Assembly: GCA_041906785.1 (NCBI GenBank)
Contig: JAYRIM010000029.1
Location: 1,149-65,148 of the forward strand
Origin: Candidatus Levyibacteriota bacterium
Lineage (GTDB): Bacteria; Patescibacteriota; Microgenomatia; Levybacterales; UBA12049
Direction: 5' to 3'
Length of the DNA: 64,000 nucleotides
Made by a program: the position numbers and the translations under genes
Shown: one piece after another, positions 63,999-64,000 of the stretch
Position numbering within the stretch: the first letter of the stretch is position 1
Layout of the letters: every line of letters starts with the position of its first letter
The notes under the pieces: model-generated
Database searches by the model: none
Seen by the model: only the letters and a program-made list of their open reading frames with translations
Told to the model about the DNA's origin: nothing

Positions 63999-64000
63999 AA

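Noticed and set aside
1-64000. CRISPR arrays, rRNA genes, tRNA genes.
   Set aside because: No regularly spaced direct repeats with unique spacers were seen. No cloverleaf-compatible 70-90-nt segments with a GTTC-like T-loop were found in the ORF-free intervals. No rRNA-like conserved blocks were seen.

Overview
This is a low-GC (~33-35%), gene-dense bacterial window whose gene content and repeat architecture suggest a small-genome, possibly CPR/Patescibacteria-like lineage. That lineage call is inference.

Main content:
- A secE-nusG-rplK-rplA ... rplJ-rplL core, interrupted between rplA and rplJ by a ~9 kb block of non-ribosomal genes.
- A phospholipid headgroup cluster: CarS/CdsA-like CTP-transferase, DAG-kinase-like lipid kinase, PHP phosphoesterase and CDP-alcohol phosphatidyltransferase.
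- A trehalose/alpha-glucan cluster: OtsA, OtsB-like, a GT4 glycosyltransferase and two GH13 enzymes, one fused to a six-hairpin glycosidase domain.
- An operon of a giant 2372-aa Kelch/FN3 surface protein followed by a MacB-type ABC exporter.
- Assorted single genes: a sensor histidine kinase, GalU, PAP2, MreB, sortase and an excisionase-like HTH plus Fic pair.

Unusual observations:
- A ~7.4 kb stretch (7850-15225) in which short GC-rich genes are interleaved with AT-rich native-looking genes, bounded by two copies of a ~90-bp palindromic element.
- Several families of intergenic repeats: a GTCATTCTGAGC...TCAGGATGAC palindrome, a GAGCCAGAAGAGACA inverted-repeat family that flanks a four-helix-bundle gene and a 1.2 kb ORF-free region, a 45-nt conserved motif, and heptamer tandem tracts at gene boundaries.
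- A 939-aa GC-richer helical protein that carries two FtsZ C-terminal-peptide-like motifs (DLDVPSFLRN) but no tubulin domain.

No rRNA, tRNA or CRISPR array was recognised.
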